Source of the DNA: an uncultured delta proteobacterium
Lineage (GTDB): Bacteria > Desulfobacterota > Desulfomonilia > UBA1062
Length of the DNA stretch: 64,000 bases
Direction: 5' to 3'
Assembly: GCA_963798485.1 (NCBI GenBank)
Contig: CAWCTR010000010.1
Location: forward strand, 1 to 64,000
Made by a program: the position numbers and the translations under genes. Positions 37,369 to 47,587 of the stretch are shown piece by piece. The notes under the pieces were generated by a model. The model worked only from the letters and a program-made list of their open reading frames with translations, was not told the origin of the DNA and made no database searches. Position 1 is the stretch's first letter. Each line of letters starts with the position of its first letter.

Positions 37369-37558
37369 AGAAAGCCCCTCTTTTTGACGGATGATCATGC
37401 TGGAAAGAAATATAGCAGGCATTTGTGGAGAAAATGTGGATAAAGGATGTGAAGACTGTGTGGATTATCAAAATCGTTTGAAATGCTGCCAAGGGTGTAT
37501 TACTGGTATGCTTGATGATGATAATACTCCCGGAGAAAAACCGTTCAAGAGTTCAGGC

Positions 37559-39016
37559 ATGAAGGTGAAACTTGCCTATAAGCTCTTTTTTGCATTTTTG
37601 ATCACCAGCCTGATGAGCATCGTCATGATGGTGGGTATCATGCAGTACTTTGTTGTACGGAACTTTGAGGATTTCATCAATAAGATGGAAATGCAAAGGC
37701 TTGGTGAGATAGCCCAAAGGCTTGGTGCGGCTTACCATGAAAATAAAGGATGGGGGTTTATAATAAGGGACCCGGGGGCTTTTAATAATATTCTGCAACA
37801 GGATTTTCCGGGAGAAGGCCATGAGCGAATGCCTCCTGCCCCGATCCGGCCGGACATCGGCCCGGGACCACGGATGCCCGGGAATGATTTCGATCGGGAA
37901 TTACCCCCTCCGGAACCTCATCCCTTCATGGAGCAGAGGATATCTCTCTATGATGCACAAAAGCGGCTCGTGGCAGGTGGCGCCTTTCTCACCAAAGACC
38001 ATATCTTCAAAGAAATTATTGTTGACGGGAAAATTGTAGGCCGGCTCGGACTGGACAGGGGAAGACGGCCGCCGGACCCCCTTCAAGAAAGGTTTCTCTC
38101 CAGGCAGTTAGAGGCCTTTTTTATCACCGGGTGCGCTGTGCTTGTCCTTGTTGCATTGGTCTCGTTGCTGTTCTCACGGCACCTGCTGCTGCCGGTGAGG
38201 CGGCTGAACGAGGGTGCGAATGCCCTGGCTTCCCGGAAGTTCAATACGCGCATCAAGGTGAGCTCCGGAGATGAGTTGGGCCAGTTGGCCGATGCCTTCA
38301 ACCGTATGGCCCAGACCCTAGAACGGTACGAAGAACTGCGCAAACAATGGATCTCCGATATCTCCCATGAACTGAGAACACCCATTGCCATACTACGGGG
38401 CGAGATAGAGGCCATACAGGACGGCGTACATGAAATGACCCGGGAGAATATGGAATCACTGCATTCGGAGATCATGCTTTTAGGCAAGCTTGTGGGCGAC
38501 CTTCATGAGTTGTCCATGGCGGACACGGGTGCATTATCGGCCAAACAGGAACCTGTCGATGTCATCAAGGTACTTCAGGATACTGTAGGCATGTTCTCCT
38601 CAAGATTTACCAAGGAATCACTTATAGTTCATTATGATCGAAAGCCGGGAGAACCTACAATCGTTCTGGGTGACAAAGACCGGTTGGCCCAGGTGTTCTC
38701 CAATATACTCGAGAATACCCTGCGTTATACCGAAAGCCCCGGGGAGCTCAGGATTCACTGGGTCAAGACGGACAACGATGTGTGCATTGTATTTAAGGAT
38801 ACACAACCCGGTGTGCCCCACAGCGCCCTTGAGAGGCTGTTCGACAGGCTCTACCGCATAGATCCGGCAAGGTCCCGTAAGAATGGGGGAAGCGGTCTGG
38901 GCCTTGCTATCTGCAAGAACATCGTGGAGGCGTTCGGAGGAGAGATAAGGGCCGATCATTCCGACATCGGAGGACTTCGTCTGGAAATACTCCTGCCGCT
39001 GGTGCGGAACACATAA
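37559..39016 (+). CDS. BaeS-like sensor histidine kinase
   Basis: TM-HAMP (DELGQLA), ISHELRTP, N-box, GGSGLGLAI. Confidence 0.92.
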   Translation: MKVKLAYKLFFAFLITSLMSIVMMVGIMQYFVVRNFEDFINKMEMQRLGEIAQRLGAAYHENKGWGFIIRDPGAFNNILQQDFPGEGHERMPPAPIRPDIGPGPRMPGNDFDRELPPPEPHPFMEQRISLYDAQKRLVAGGAFLTKDHIFKEIIVDGKIVGRLGLDRGRRPPDPLQERFLSRQLEAFFITGCAVLVLVALVSLLFSRHLLLPVRRLNEGANALASRKFNTRIKVSSGDELGQLADAFNRMAQTLERYEELRKQWISDISHELRTPIAILRGEIEAIQDGVHEMTRENMESLHSEIMLLGKLVGDLHELSMADTGALSAKQEPVDVIKVLQDTVGMFSSRFTKESLIVHYDRKPGEPTIVLGDKDRLAQVFSNILENTLRYTESPGELRIHWVKTDNDVCIVFKDTQPGVPHSALERLFDRLYRIDPARSRKNGGSGLGLAICKNIVEAFGGEIRADHSDIGGLRLEILLPLVRNT

Positions 39017-39033
39017 ACCGCGAGGATACTATC

Positions 39034-39714
39034 ATGATTGAACAGCATGTCCTTATTATCGAGGATGAAGATAAGATAGCATCTCTCCTTCGGGATTACC
39101 TGGAGAGGGCGGGATACAAGACGTCCCGGCTCGATCGAGGTGATGGTGCGATCCTTTTCATGAAGAACAACCCGGTCGATCTTATCCTTTTAGACATCAT
39201 GCTGCCCGGTACGGACGGTATGGAGGTATGTAAGGGAATCAGGAGGTTCTCCTTTGTCCCCATTCTCATGATAACCGCCCGCGTCGAAGAGATTGACAGG
39301 CTCCTCGGGCTTGAGCTTGGCGCGGATGACTACATCTGCAAGCCCTTCAGCCCTCGGGAGGTAGTGGCCAGGGTAAGGGCGGTTCTTAGGCGTGTTCATC
39401 CGGCAATGGAAGATCAGGCAATTAAGGCCGGCAATATCGTGCTCCATGAAGAGACGCGTGATGTCTCAATAAATGGGCATGATCTCAGGCTGACGCCCAT
39501 CGAGTTCGGCTTGCTCAAGATCCTCCTGACTCACCCGGGGCGTGTCTTTTCACGTAGTGAACTGGTAAGCCACGTGCAGGGTTATGACTATGAAGGCTAT
39601 GACCGAACCGTGGACACCCACATCAAGAATCTGCGCAGGAAGATGGCTGCCTTCATGCCGGAACAAGAGGTCATCTGTTCCATCTATGGGGTAGGATACA
39701 AGCTTCTCGTGTGA
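39034..39714 (+). CDS. BaeR/OmpR-family response regulator
   Basis: LDIMLPG, ADDYICKPFSPREV, DRTVDTHIKNLR. Confidence 0.92.
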   Translation: MIEQHVLIIEDEDKIASLLRDYLERAGYKTSRLDRGDGAILFMKNNPVDLILLDIMLPGTDGMEVCKGIRRFSFVPILMITARVEEIDRLLGLELGADDYICKPFSPREVVARVRAVLRRVHPAMEDQAIKAGNIVLHEETRDVSINGHDLRLTPIEFGLLKILLTHPGRVFSRSELVSHVQGYDYEGYDRTVDTHIKNLRRKMAAFMPEQEVICSIYGVGYKLLV

Positions 39715-40127
39715 TGAACCCGTAAAAGGATATCCTCTTCCTGCTTCTTTGTGATTATGCCCGCAACAGCGGCCTGTTTGACAAGCTTTTCGGACTGCTT
39801 GTCCATTGCCGTAATAAGGGCATCAAGCGGGACCCCGTACGCCTCAAGAATCGCAGGGGGCCCACTGCTGATGAGCAGTTGCCTGACGTTCTCCTGGGTC
39901 AGGCCCGTGAGCTCGGAGAGGACATCAATCTGCTGGTACATGAGCAGAAGTCTCATGCCGGGGGGCATAGGAGGTTCATGCGGTCCGCAGTGCGGGGGCG
40001 GCAGCGCTATGGAAGGTCCTGGTTCCTGTGAAGGGCCGCCCGGTAATTCAGCCCCGAAGGCGAGACTTAAGAATAAGACACTTACTGTCAGAATGGTTGC
40101 CATGATCACGGATGTCCTTTTCATCAT
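39684..40127 (-). CDS. Periplasmic Pro-rich protein, probable target of the two-component system
   Basis: Signal peptide; AAGGAG RBS. Confidence 0.6.
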   Translation of the reverse strand: MMKRTSVIMATILTVSVLFLSLAFGAELPGGPSQEPGPSIALPPPHCGPHEPPMPPGMRLLLMYQQIDVLSELTGLTQENVRQLLISSGPPAILEAYGVPLDALITAMDKQSEKLVKQAAVAGIITKKQEEDILLRVHHTRSLYPTP

Positions 40128-40199
40128 GATTCTCCTTCATGAATATTGATTCTTCCTCATATGTGTCATACAAATGTGAAGATCTTGAGGAGAAACCAT

Positions 40200-41639
40200 G
40201 TGATTATTGTGGCAAAAACTATTATGAGGAAGGGTTTATTGCCTGCTACCCTTCTTTCGGGTTTCCTCATTTTCTTCCCGGCGCTTTCTGCACATGCCCT
40301 TGAATACGCCATTGTCCCTGTTCACCCGGCCATGATTGCCCCGTTTGTCCTGCTGCTCCTGGCGATTGCGGTCATGCCCTTTATCAGTGCCGGCTGGTGG
40401 GAAAAGAGGTACGCTTATGTCTGCCTGATTCTCAGTTCAATCCCTCTGATTTACTATTTCATTATTCTGAGGAACGCCCCGAGGATGATAAGTACGGCCT
40501 TCGAATACTTCAGTTTTATCGCCCTGATCGGTTCGCTCTACGTCGTATCCGGAGGAATCCATATCAGGATAAAAGGGAGGTCGACGCCCCATGCAAATGT
40601 CATCCTCCTTGCCATAGGGGCCCTCATCTCGAATCTCCTGGGCACTACCGGCGCCTCCATGGTGCTCATCAGGCCCTATATCCGGGTGAACCGGTATCGT
40701 ATCTCGGGCTACCACATCGTCTTCTTCATATTTATTGTATCGAACATTGGCGGATTGCTTACCCCTATCGGCGATCCGCCGCTCTTTCTCGGCTATCTGA
40801 AGGGTGTCCCGTTCTTCTGGGTGATCTCCCGTGTCTGGCTGATCTGGATTATTGCCGTCTCATTCGTGCTGATTGTTTTTTACCTCATAGACTACTACAA
40901 CTTTAAGAAGCTCCCGGATGACATGGAACACGAGGTTGAAGAAGAGGGCGAACACGCCTATGTCGAAGGCCTGCATAACAGCATTTTCCTCATAATGATT
41001 ATCGGTGCCGTGTTCCTGAAGGAGCCTGTGCGCGAGATGGTCATGATCTTTGCTGCCGCCATGAGCTATTTCGCGACAAAAAAACAGATCCACGAGAAGA
41101 ACCGGTTCACCTTCATACCCATTCAGGAGGTTGCCATCCTCTTTGCCGCCATCTTTGCCACCATGGTACCGGCCCTGGACTGGCTCGAGCTGAATGCGCT
41201 CAGCCTCGGAATCTCAGAGCCGGGCCATTATTACTGGTGCTCGGGAATCCTCTCTTCCATCCTTGACAACGCCCCGACCTACCTCAATTTTTTAAGTGCC
41301 TCCTTTGGCCTGCACGGCCTCAGTGTTGATAACCCCTTCCATATGCAGGCCATGCTCGGTATGCTTTCCGCTCCTCAAATCCACCACCTGCGGTTTTTGC
41401 AGGCAGCCCACCTTAAGCCCCTGACCATGCAATCATGGAAATATATCCAGGCCATATCGGCCGGGGCAGTGTTGTTCGGGGCAATGACCTACATCGGAAA
41501 CGGCCCGAACTTCATGGTCAAATCCATTGCAGAGCATCAGAATGTGAAGATGCCGCACTTTATGGAGTATATCATTTTCTTTTCAATCCCCGTGCTCGTC
41601 CCGCTTTTTGTGGTTATCTGGTTTATTTTTTTCAGATAA
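40200..41639 (+). CDS. Putative Na+/H+ antiporter (IT superfamily, DUF1646-like)
   Basis: GTTGASM, SNIGG.LTPIGDPPLFLG, LDNAPTY, TYIGNGPNFMVK; start uncertain. Confidence 0.82.
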   Translation: MIIVAKTIMRKGLLPATLLSGFLIFFPALSAHALEYAIVPVHPAMIAPFVLLLLAIAVMPFISAGWWEKRYAYVCLILSSIPLIYYFIILRNAPRMISTAFEYFSFIALIGSLYVVSGGIHIRIKGRSTPHANVILLAIGALISNLLGTTGASMVLIRPYIRVNRYRISGYHIVFFIFIVSNIGGLLTPIGDPPLFLGYLKGVPFFWVISRVWLIWIIAVSFVLIVFYLIDYYNFKKLPDDMEHEVEEEGEHAYVEGLHNSIFLIMIIGAVFLKEPVREMVMIFAAAMSYFATKKQIHEKNRFTFIPIQEVAILFAAIFATMVPALDWLELNALSLGISEPGHYYWCSGILSSILDNAPTYLNFLSASFGLHGLSVDNPFHMQAMLGMLSAPQIHHLRFLQAAHLKPLTMQSWKYIQAISAGAVLFGAMTYIGNGPNFMVKSIAEHQNVKMPHFMEYIIFFSIPVLVPLFVVIWFIFFR

Positions 41640-41658
41640 GTCTTGTCGTAACTGTGTT

Positions 41659-41725
41659 AGGAGCCAGAAGTCAGAATTCAGAAGTCAGGAATATTCTGAA
41701 TTCTGACTTCTGAATTCTCAACTCT
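41659..41725. repeat. Inverted array of 7-bp repeats (AARTCAG-like / TTCTGA-like)
   Basis: GAGCCAG-AAGTCAG-AATTCAG-AAGTCAG facing ATTCTGA-ATTCTGA-CTTCTGA-ATTCT. Confidence 0.75.
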
Positions 41726-41780
41726 GTCTCCCTGGCATGGACTTTGTATGTTATTGCTGAGATATCAGGGGAGGGACAGG

Positions 41781-42524
41781 ATGAAAATTGCCTCAGGGGA
41801 TGTATTGGGGAGATTAATCCAAGGGCTTTCTGCGGGCCCCGCACATTCCGCCCAAAAAACTGCTGCCGGCCCGGAAGGTTTTTCACAGCTTCTGGAAGAA
41901 GTAGTGCAAGCGGCCTCAGAAGGCCCGGATACAAAGATCGATAAGGATAAGATCACTGTTATGCTTGAGCTCGTTAAGATGCAGATGAACCAGTCGGCCC
42001 TGAACTCATTTGGAGGTAATGATGGTGAGGATGACGGGGACAGTTTTCATTTCATGTCCGGCTTGACTGATATCCAGGGTACCCAACAGCAAGAGTCAAA
42101 TATCCGACAGCCTGAACCGCCTACCCGATCAATTCAGCCGCCTGCAGATATGGATGGCATAATTGACAAGGCATCTGCAACCTATGGGGTCGATAAGGGC
42201 CTCATTTCTTCGGTTATCCAGGCGGAGAGCGATTTTGATCCGAATGCCACCTCGCCTAAAGGCGCTATGGGGCTCATGCAGCTCATGCCTGACACGGCCA
42301 GGGGTCTGGGGGTGAGTAATGCCTACGACCCACAACAGAATGTCATGGCAGGCACCCGCTACCTGAAAAGTCTGTTGGACAGATATAACGGGGATGTAAA
42401 ACTGGCCCTGGCCGCCTATAACTGGGGCATGGGGAACCTGGAGCGCAGCACCGGGAACCTCCCTGAAGAGACACGGAACTATATCGCCCGGATCATGAAG
42501 AACTACGGTGTGGCAGAAGGATAG
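41781..42524 (+). CDS. Lytic transglycosylase (SLT domain)
   Basis: IQAES, GAMGLMQLMP, ALAAYNWG, ETRNYI. Confidence 0.9.
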   Translation: MKIASGDVLGRLIQGLSAGPAHSAQKTAAGPEGFSQLLEEVVQAASEGPDTKIDKDKITVMLELVKMQMNQSALNSFGGNDGEDDGDSFHFMSGLTDIQGTQQQESNIRQPEPPTRSIQPPADMDGIIDKASATYGVDKGLISSVIQAESDFDPNATSPKGAMGLMQLMPDTARGLGVSNAYDPQQNVMAGTRYLKSLLDRYNGDVKLALAAYNWGMGNLERSTGNLPEETRNYIARIMKNYGVAEG

Positions 42525-42540
42525 AGCTTATCATAACAGG

Positions 42541-43326
42541 TCACTGGCCCACTTTTATCAGCTCGTCCGTGACTGTATTCGTCACTGTGCCGTTGGAATA
42601 AACAATTGTAGAGTTAGAGACTTTCTTCACAAGCCCTGTACCTTTGCCGTACCATGAGGTTGCTGAGGTATCGCTGGTTTTGGTCTGACTATTCAGGGTA
42701 AAGGTGCAGGTAAATGATTCCAGGGTCTTTATGGTCTCGTATATACCGGCAGTAACTGTTACATTCTCAACTCCAAGGACCTTGATAGTATATTCAGTGG
42801 TCATGCTACCGAGCTTTTCGCCAAATATGCCCTGATCCGGGTCGGAATTGAGGAGATCCTCTGTACTGGATTGTGAATATTCCTCGCCAACAATCCAATC
42901 CGAGGGTACATTGCCGGTTAGGGTGGTGTGAACGGGCTCGTTACTGGTGAATATACTGAAATTATCGCTGATAACGGCATTACCGGCAGGGCTTTTATAC
43001 GTAACGGTATTGGGTGTGCCATTTATCGTAAGTGTCTCAATAGAATATGGTCCTGCAATAGCACCGGAATATCCATATTGACTGGGGATCGTGGCAATAG
43101 GAGTCGGTTCATAGCTATATACTAAGGTGGATGTCTGCGAACTCTGTTGTCCCCCTATTGTATCCACCTCTGTCTCCGTGAAGGTGTAGGTCTTGTTCAT
43201 GTCATCGCTGAGATAATCCGGGGAATAGATTGTCTCGGCCCCTCCACCGCTAGTCCCGCCTCCACCACCGCAGGCAAAGAGGATGATCCCGATCAGGATA
43301 GAGAGGAGGAAGGTGCGGTTTTTCAT
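42541..43326 (-). CDS. Thr-rich lipoprotein
   Basis: Lipobox LFAC-GGGG; VTVTAG.Y..WYGKG.GLVK motif. Confidence 0.7.
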   Translation of the reverse strand: MKNRTFLLSILIGIILFACGGGGGTSGGGAETIYSPDYLSDDMNKTYTFTETEVDTIGGQQSSQTSTLVYSYEPTPIATIPSQYGYSGAIAGPYSIETLTINGTPNTVTYKSPAGNAVISDNFSIFTSNEPVHTTLTGNVPSDWIVGEEYSQSSTEDLLNSDPDQGIFGEKLGSMTTEYTIKVLGVENVTVTAGIYETIKTLESFTCTFTLNSQTKTSDTSATSWYGKGTGLVKKVSNSTIVYSNGTVTNTVTDELIKVGQ

Positions 43327-43453
43327 AGTTGTTCCCCTTGAGAATGACATAGTCTCTTCATCGTCATTAAGGAGGTAAAACATGACAGGGACAAAGCGTC
43401 AGGTGTTATTAGTTTAAGTTCTCTAACAAGGATTTGATTCCTCGCAGAATGCC

Positions 43454-44245
43454 TCAGGTGACCTTTGCCCTGGCAATAATCCGGTTGAAGATGCCGGGCA
43501 CAAAACGGTTAAGATATACACCGAGCAGTTCTTTTCCCCCAATGAGTACCTCGTCTTTGCCTTGTTCTACGGCCTGGATTATCTTCTCGGCGCATACCTC
43601 AGGCGTCATTCCGTCGGCCTGGGCGTCATCCATGACCCCGTGACAGGACCCGTCTGCACACAGGGCGTTTATTGAGATATTGGTGCGGATAAATCCCGGG
43701 CATACGATGAGGACCTTGATGCCCTTTGCAGATAACTCGGCGCGCAAGGAGTCAAAGAAACCGTGTAATGCGTGCTTGGATGCGGAATAAGTCGAGCGCA
43801 AGGGCGTACCCAATTTGCCCACCAGGCTGCTGATGACAATGATATGGCCGGAACCTCTTTCGAGCATGGACGGCAGGACTGACTTGGTTAAGGCCACCGT
43901 ACCGAAGAAGTTGGTCTCCATGATCCTACGGTCAGTATCAAGGCTGGTCTGGAGGGCAAATGACCGCTGAGATATGCCGCCGTTGTTGATGAGCATGTCT
44001 ATGCGGCCGAATTTATCAAGAACGGTTCGGACGGAATCGGAATATATCGAGGAATCGGCAAGGTCCAAAGGGAGCACGAGGTGATGTTCAGGGGATGAAC
44101 ACCGGTCTTTCACCTCATTCAACCTTTTTGTGTTGCGTGCAGAAACAATGAGATGCGCACCCTTGCCGGCAAAGGCATAGGCCATGGCCTCGCCTATCCC
44201 TGAAGATGCCCCCGTGATCCAGATGACTTTATCGTTGAAAGACAT
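43454..44245 (-). CDS. SDR oxidoreductase (DHRS7-like)
   Basis: TGASSGIG, NNGG, YSASK. Confidence 0.92.
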   Translation of the reverse strand: MSFNDKVIWITGASSGIGEAMAYAFAGKGAHLIVSARNTKRLNEVKDRCSSPEHHLVLPLDLADSSIYSDSVRTVLDKFGRIDMLINNGGISQRSFALQTSLDTDRRIMETNFFGTVALTKSVLPSMLERGSGHIIVISSLVGKLGTPLRSTYSASKHALHGFFDSLRAELSAKGIKVLIVCPGFIRTNISINALCADGSCHGVMDDAQADGMTPEVCAEKIIQAVEQGKDEVLIGGKELLGVYLNRFVPGIFNRIIARAKVT

Positions 44246-44271
44246 GGACTGGCCTCCTTTTATCGAGATCC

Positions 44272-44562
44272 TTACTTGTCTGATTCTTTTTCTCCCTGAG
44301 TGCCCTTACCCTCGCTGGCGGTATCACCTTTTGTTTCTTTATCCATTTTAAGCAGGCGCCTGGCCTCTTCCTTCATGGCCTGGTCGATGTTTTTCTTCAT
44401 CTCTTCACCCTTTTTAACCGCCTCGCCGCCCATAGCCTTATTAATGGTGTCGGCGATCGTCTTTTTTGCATCGCTGCCGTCGCAGGCTGCAAAGATAAGG
44501 GCACAGATACAGGCAAGGACCACAATCATATAGGGAAAAGTCTTTCCGAACAGGTCTTTCAT
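44272..44562 (-). CDS. Small lipoprotein
   Basis: FAAC lipobox; GGGAGG RBS. Confidence 0.6.
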   Translation of the reverse strand: MKDLFGKTFPYMIVVLACICALIFAACDGSDAKKTIADTINKAMGGEAVKKGEEMKKNIDQAMKEEARRLLKMDKETKGDTASEGKGTQGEKESDK

Positions 44563-44603
44563 GCTTACCTCCCTTGTCGCTTGGTTTTCAAAGATTCAAT
44601 TTT

Positions 44604-44912
44604 TTACCTGGACTGTCCGAATTCATCGAGGACCCTTTTGATCTGCACCGGGTCCACCTCCCGCATAATGACGCCGATATACTGCTTCTGTCTTCGCCTG
44701 GCCCCATGGGTACTCATTTTTTTCATGGATATGACTGCATCTACGAGTTCATGTGGGATGCCGGCATTCTTTAAATAGGCATTAGGCAGGGTCACGAGCT
44801 GTTCTCCAAGCTTCTGCAGCTCCATCATCTCCTTTTTGAGCCTCGTCTTGCTCTTTGGTGCTTCCAGCTCAGGCGGCATCTGTTCATGAATGGGATCGTA
44901 TTCGCGTTTCAC
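44604..44912 (-). CDS. yjgA: YjgA/DUF615 ribosome-associated protein (short form)
   Basis: SKTRLKKEM.ELQKLGEQL...ARRRQKQYIG.IMR; start uncertain. Confidence 0.75.
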   Translation of the reverse strand: MKREYDPIHEQMPPELEAPKSKTRLKKEMMELQKLGEQLVTLPNAYLKNAGIPHELVDAVISMKKMSTHGARRRQKQYIGVIMREVDPVQIKRVLDEFGQSR

Positions 44913-44929
44913 GGTAATTGCTTCCTCTT

Positions 44930-46612
44930 TTATCCGGTCAGGATATCCTTCTGCCTCTTCTTGCATACCGGGTCTTTTTCTACAAATATCTTTTCACCGG
45001 TGAATGGGTCCAACCCTGTGTAGTACATGAGGGTGGAGTAGGTGGATGGGGTGGGAGTGAAGATCTGCACCTGTTCAGGGTTCAGCTTAAGGTTCTTATC
45101 AACAAAAGATCTGAGCCCTTTCATGTCCATTTCGGTGCAGCCCGGATGCGCTACGAGGAAGTAATAGGTGAGAAACTGCTTCTTGCCTTTCTGGCCTGAA
45201 ACCTTCAAGAAACGATTCCTGAAATCAAGCAGCGTGGCCATGCCCGCCTTGCCCATCTTGCTAAGCACACCCTGAACAGTATGTTCGGGCGCCAGTTTCA
45301 TCTGTCCGGACACATGATGTTCTGCAAGCTCTCTCAAATAGGCATCCCCATAGTGTTTGTCTGCGCATACCAGGTCATGACGGATGCCTGAGCTCACAAA
45401 TGCCTTTTTAATGCCCGGGATAGCCCTGAGTCTTTCTAAGAGATGTTGCTGCCGGTTATGATTTATGCCCAGATGGGTGCAAATATCCGGGTACAGGCAT
45501 CTCCGGCGGCTGCATATACCTCTGTGCTTGTTCACTGTGCATGCAAATCCATACATGTTCGCTGTCGGCCCCCCCACATCTTGTATGTAACCCTTGAACT
45601 TGGGGTGTGATGTAAGCCTTTTGGCCTCGGCAATGATGGATACTTCGCTGCGGGAGATCACGCATGTGCCTTCATGCATGGAGATAGCGCAGAAGTTGCA
45701 TTGACCCAAGCAGCCCCTGTGGGTGGTGATGGAAAACCGTATGGTTTCTATTGCCTTCACCTCGCCAAGGGCTTGTTCGTGAGGGTGCACCTCCCGCTCA
45801 AAATCGAGCTCATAGACAGAGTCCAGTTCATTCTCTGTCAAAAGAGGCCACGGCTTATTATGAACCAGGTATCGGTCGCCATGTCTCTGGCAGACGTTGT
45901 TGCCTGTGAGGGGGTCGTTATTCTGGTAGAAGCAGTGGAACATCTCGATGAAGGCGTTCACGTCCTTTACAACATCTTCGTATGAGGGCAGTTCGATTGC
46001 GTCTTGGGGCTTATCTCTACTGATGAAGCAGATGCCCCTCATATCCTTGTAGCCTTCACCCGAACTCAAAGCGCGGGCCAGTTCTACGACCGGGTACTCC
46101 CCCATGCCGTAGACCAGGATGTCGGCCTTTGCATCGAAGAGGATGGAGCGCCTGATACTGTCCGACCAGAAATCATAGTGCGCAATGCGTCGCAGGCTTG
46201 CCTCGATTCCGCCGAGCACGAGGGGTTTCTTTTTTTTTGAGCATTGCCTGATGAGGTTTGCATATACGATAACCGCCCTATCCGGCCTTTTTGTGTTCAA
46301 ACCTCCAGGGGTATAGTCATCGGATTTCCGTCTTTTTTTTAAAGGGGTGTAATTGGCCACCATGGAGTCGATGCTGCCACCGGTAATGCCCCAGAACAAT
46401 GCCGGCTCCCCGAGCCTCATGATGTCAATCGAAGACGTGGTGTCCGGCTGGGATATGATACCCACGCGGTACCCAGCCTTGAGCAGTGCCTTGCCTACCA
46501 CCGCGACCCCGATATGGGGGCTGTCGATGTAGGCGTCTCCGGTGACCAGGATGACATCGAGTCCGTCCCAGCCAAGGGTCTTCATTTCCTGAATGGTTGT
46601 AGGGAGAAACAT
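44930..46612 (-). CDS. ygiQ: YgiQ family radical SAM protein
   Basis: VTGDAYIDSP, GGIEASLRR, CLGQCNFC, GGPTANMY, QVQIFTPTP. Confidence 0.9.
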   Translation of the reverse strand: MFLPTTIQEMKTLGWDGLDVILVTGDAYIDSPHIGVAVVGKALLKAGYRVGIISQPDTTSSIDIMRLGEPALFWGITGGSIDSMVANYTPLKKRRKSDDYTPGGLNTKRPDRAVIVYANLIRQCSKKKKPLVLGGIEASLRRIAHYDFWSDSIRRSILFDAKADILVYGMGEYPVVELARALSSGEGYKDMRGICFISRDKPQDAIELPSYEDVVKDVNAFIEMFHCFYQNNDPLTGNNVCQRHGDRYLVHNKPWPLLTENELDSVYELDFEREVHPHEQALGEVKAIETIRFSITTHRGCLGQCNFCAISMHEGTCVISRSEVSIIAEAKRLTSHPKFKGYIQDVGGPTANMYGFACTVNKHRGICSRRRCLYPDICTHLGINHNRQQHLLERLRAIPGIKKAFVSSGIRHDLVCADKHYGDAYLRELAEHHVSGQMKLAPEHTVQGVLSKMGKAGMATLLDFRNRFLKVSGQKGKKQFLTYYFLVAHPGCTEMDMKGLRSFVDKNLKLNPEQVQIFTPTPSTYSTLMYYTGLDPFTGEKIFVEKDPVCKKRQKDILTG

Positions 46613-46650
46613 ATGATTGCGCTAAAGGATAGCACAGGGGCCTTAATTTC

Positions 46651-47526
46651 TCAAACCAAGTGGAAGAGTGCCCAGTCCGAGGTAAGCTCCATCACGACAT
46701 TTTTATTTCTGTCCATATGCCCCAAATGGCCATTGCCCGGGACGATGCAGATATGTTTTACGCACCTCAGCGCGCCAAAGAGCAGGTGTGCTGTCTCAAC
46801 AGGGTCCACCTTATCATCCTCACCATGGATGACGAGCGTGGGGACTGTTATCAGGTGAACCCGTTTTAGGGTATCCACAATGAGTGAGGGGGTGGCACCC
46901 GGGACAGGGAAGGCAGACCACATTTCCAAGACCCTTGGGTTTTCCTTCCACCTTCGATTGACTTGTGGGTCTGATGCCACCTCTACCTTCGAAAATGGCC
47001 CCACCATAGAGAGCCTCAGATCCTCTTTCGTGATAAGGCGTTTGATCCTTCCGAGGACATCAAGGATATTCATCCCGAGATGTTCTGCCCGGGACAATGT
47101 ATTTCTCACGGTAGCATCCAAGGTAATGATACAGTGTATCCTGCTGTCGAGGAGTGCCGCCTCGAGAACGGCCGTCCCCCCTGAAGAGAGGCCGAAGACG
47201 CCGATGGAGTTTCCATTAATCTCCGGCATCTGTTCGAGGAAGTCTATGGCGCACCTGATATCCTTTACCCAGTCTTTGATATTGACGTGAAAGCGCTTCC
47301 CCCCGCTTGCACCATGACCATGCATGTCTATGGCCAGGGAGGCAATGCCTTTGCCTGCAAGGTATTCGCAGAGATCGAAGTAGTTTTCCTTGAAGTCCAG
47401 TGCCCCATGGCAAATGATGAGCGCCGGTAACGGTATGTCTGCGTCCGGAATAAACATGGTTCCGGAGATTGTATCAGGGCCTGAAAGGAATGATACATCA
47501 GTTCTGCGCATGAGCTTCATCGTCAA
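46651..47526 (-). CDS. Alpha/beta hydrolase
   Basis: GLSSGG nucleophile elbow, HGEDD, GH. Confidence 0.88.
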   Translation of the reverse strand: MTMKLMRRTDVSFLSGPDTISGTMFIPDADIPLPALIICHGALDFKENYFDLCEYLAGKGIASLAIDMHGHGASGGKRFHVNIKDWVKDIRCAIDFLEQMPEINGNSIGVFGLSSGGTAVLEAALLDSRIHCIITLDATVRNTLSRAEHLGMNILDVLGRIKRLITKEDLRLSMVGPFSKVEVASDPQVNRRWKENPRVLEMWSAFPVPGATPSLIVDTLKRVHLITVPTLVIHGEDDKVDPVETAHLLFGALRCVKHICIVPGNGHLGHMDRNKNVVMELTSDWALFHLV

Positions 47527-47587
47527 TCACCGGTATGAGGGCAGGTGAATATATATTAGATCCGCCTGCTTCAAAGACACACTCAGA

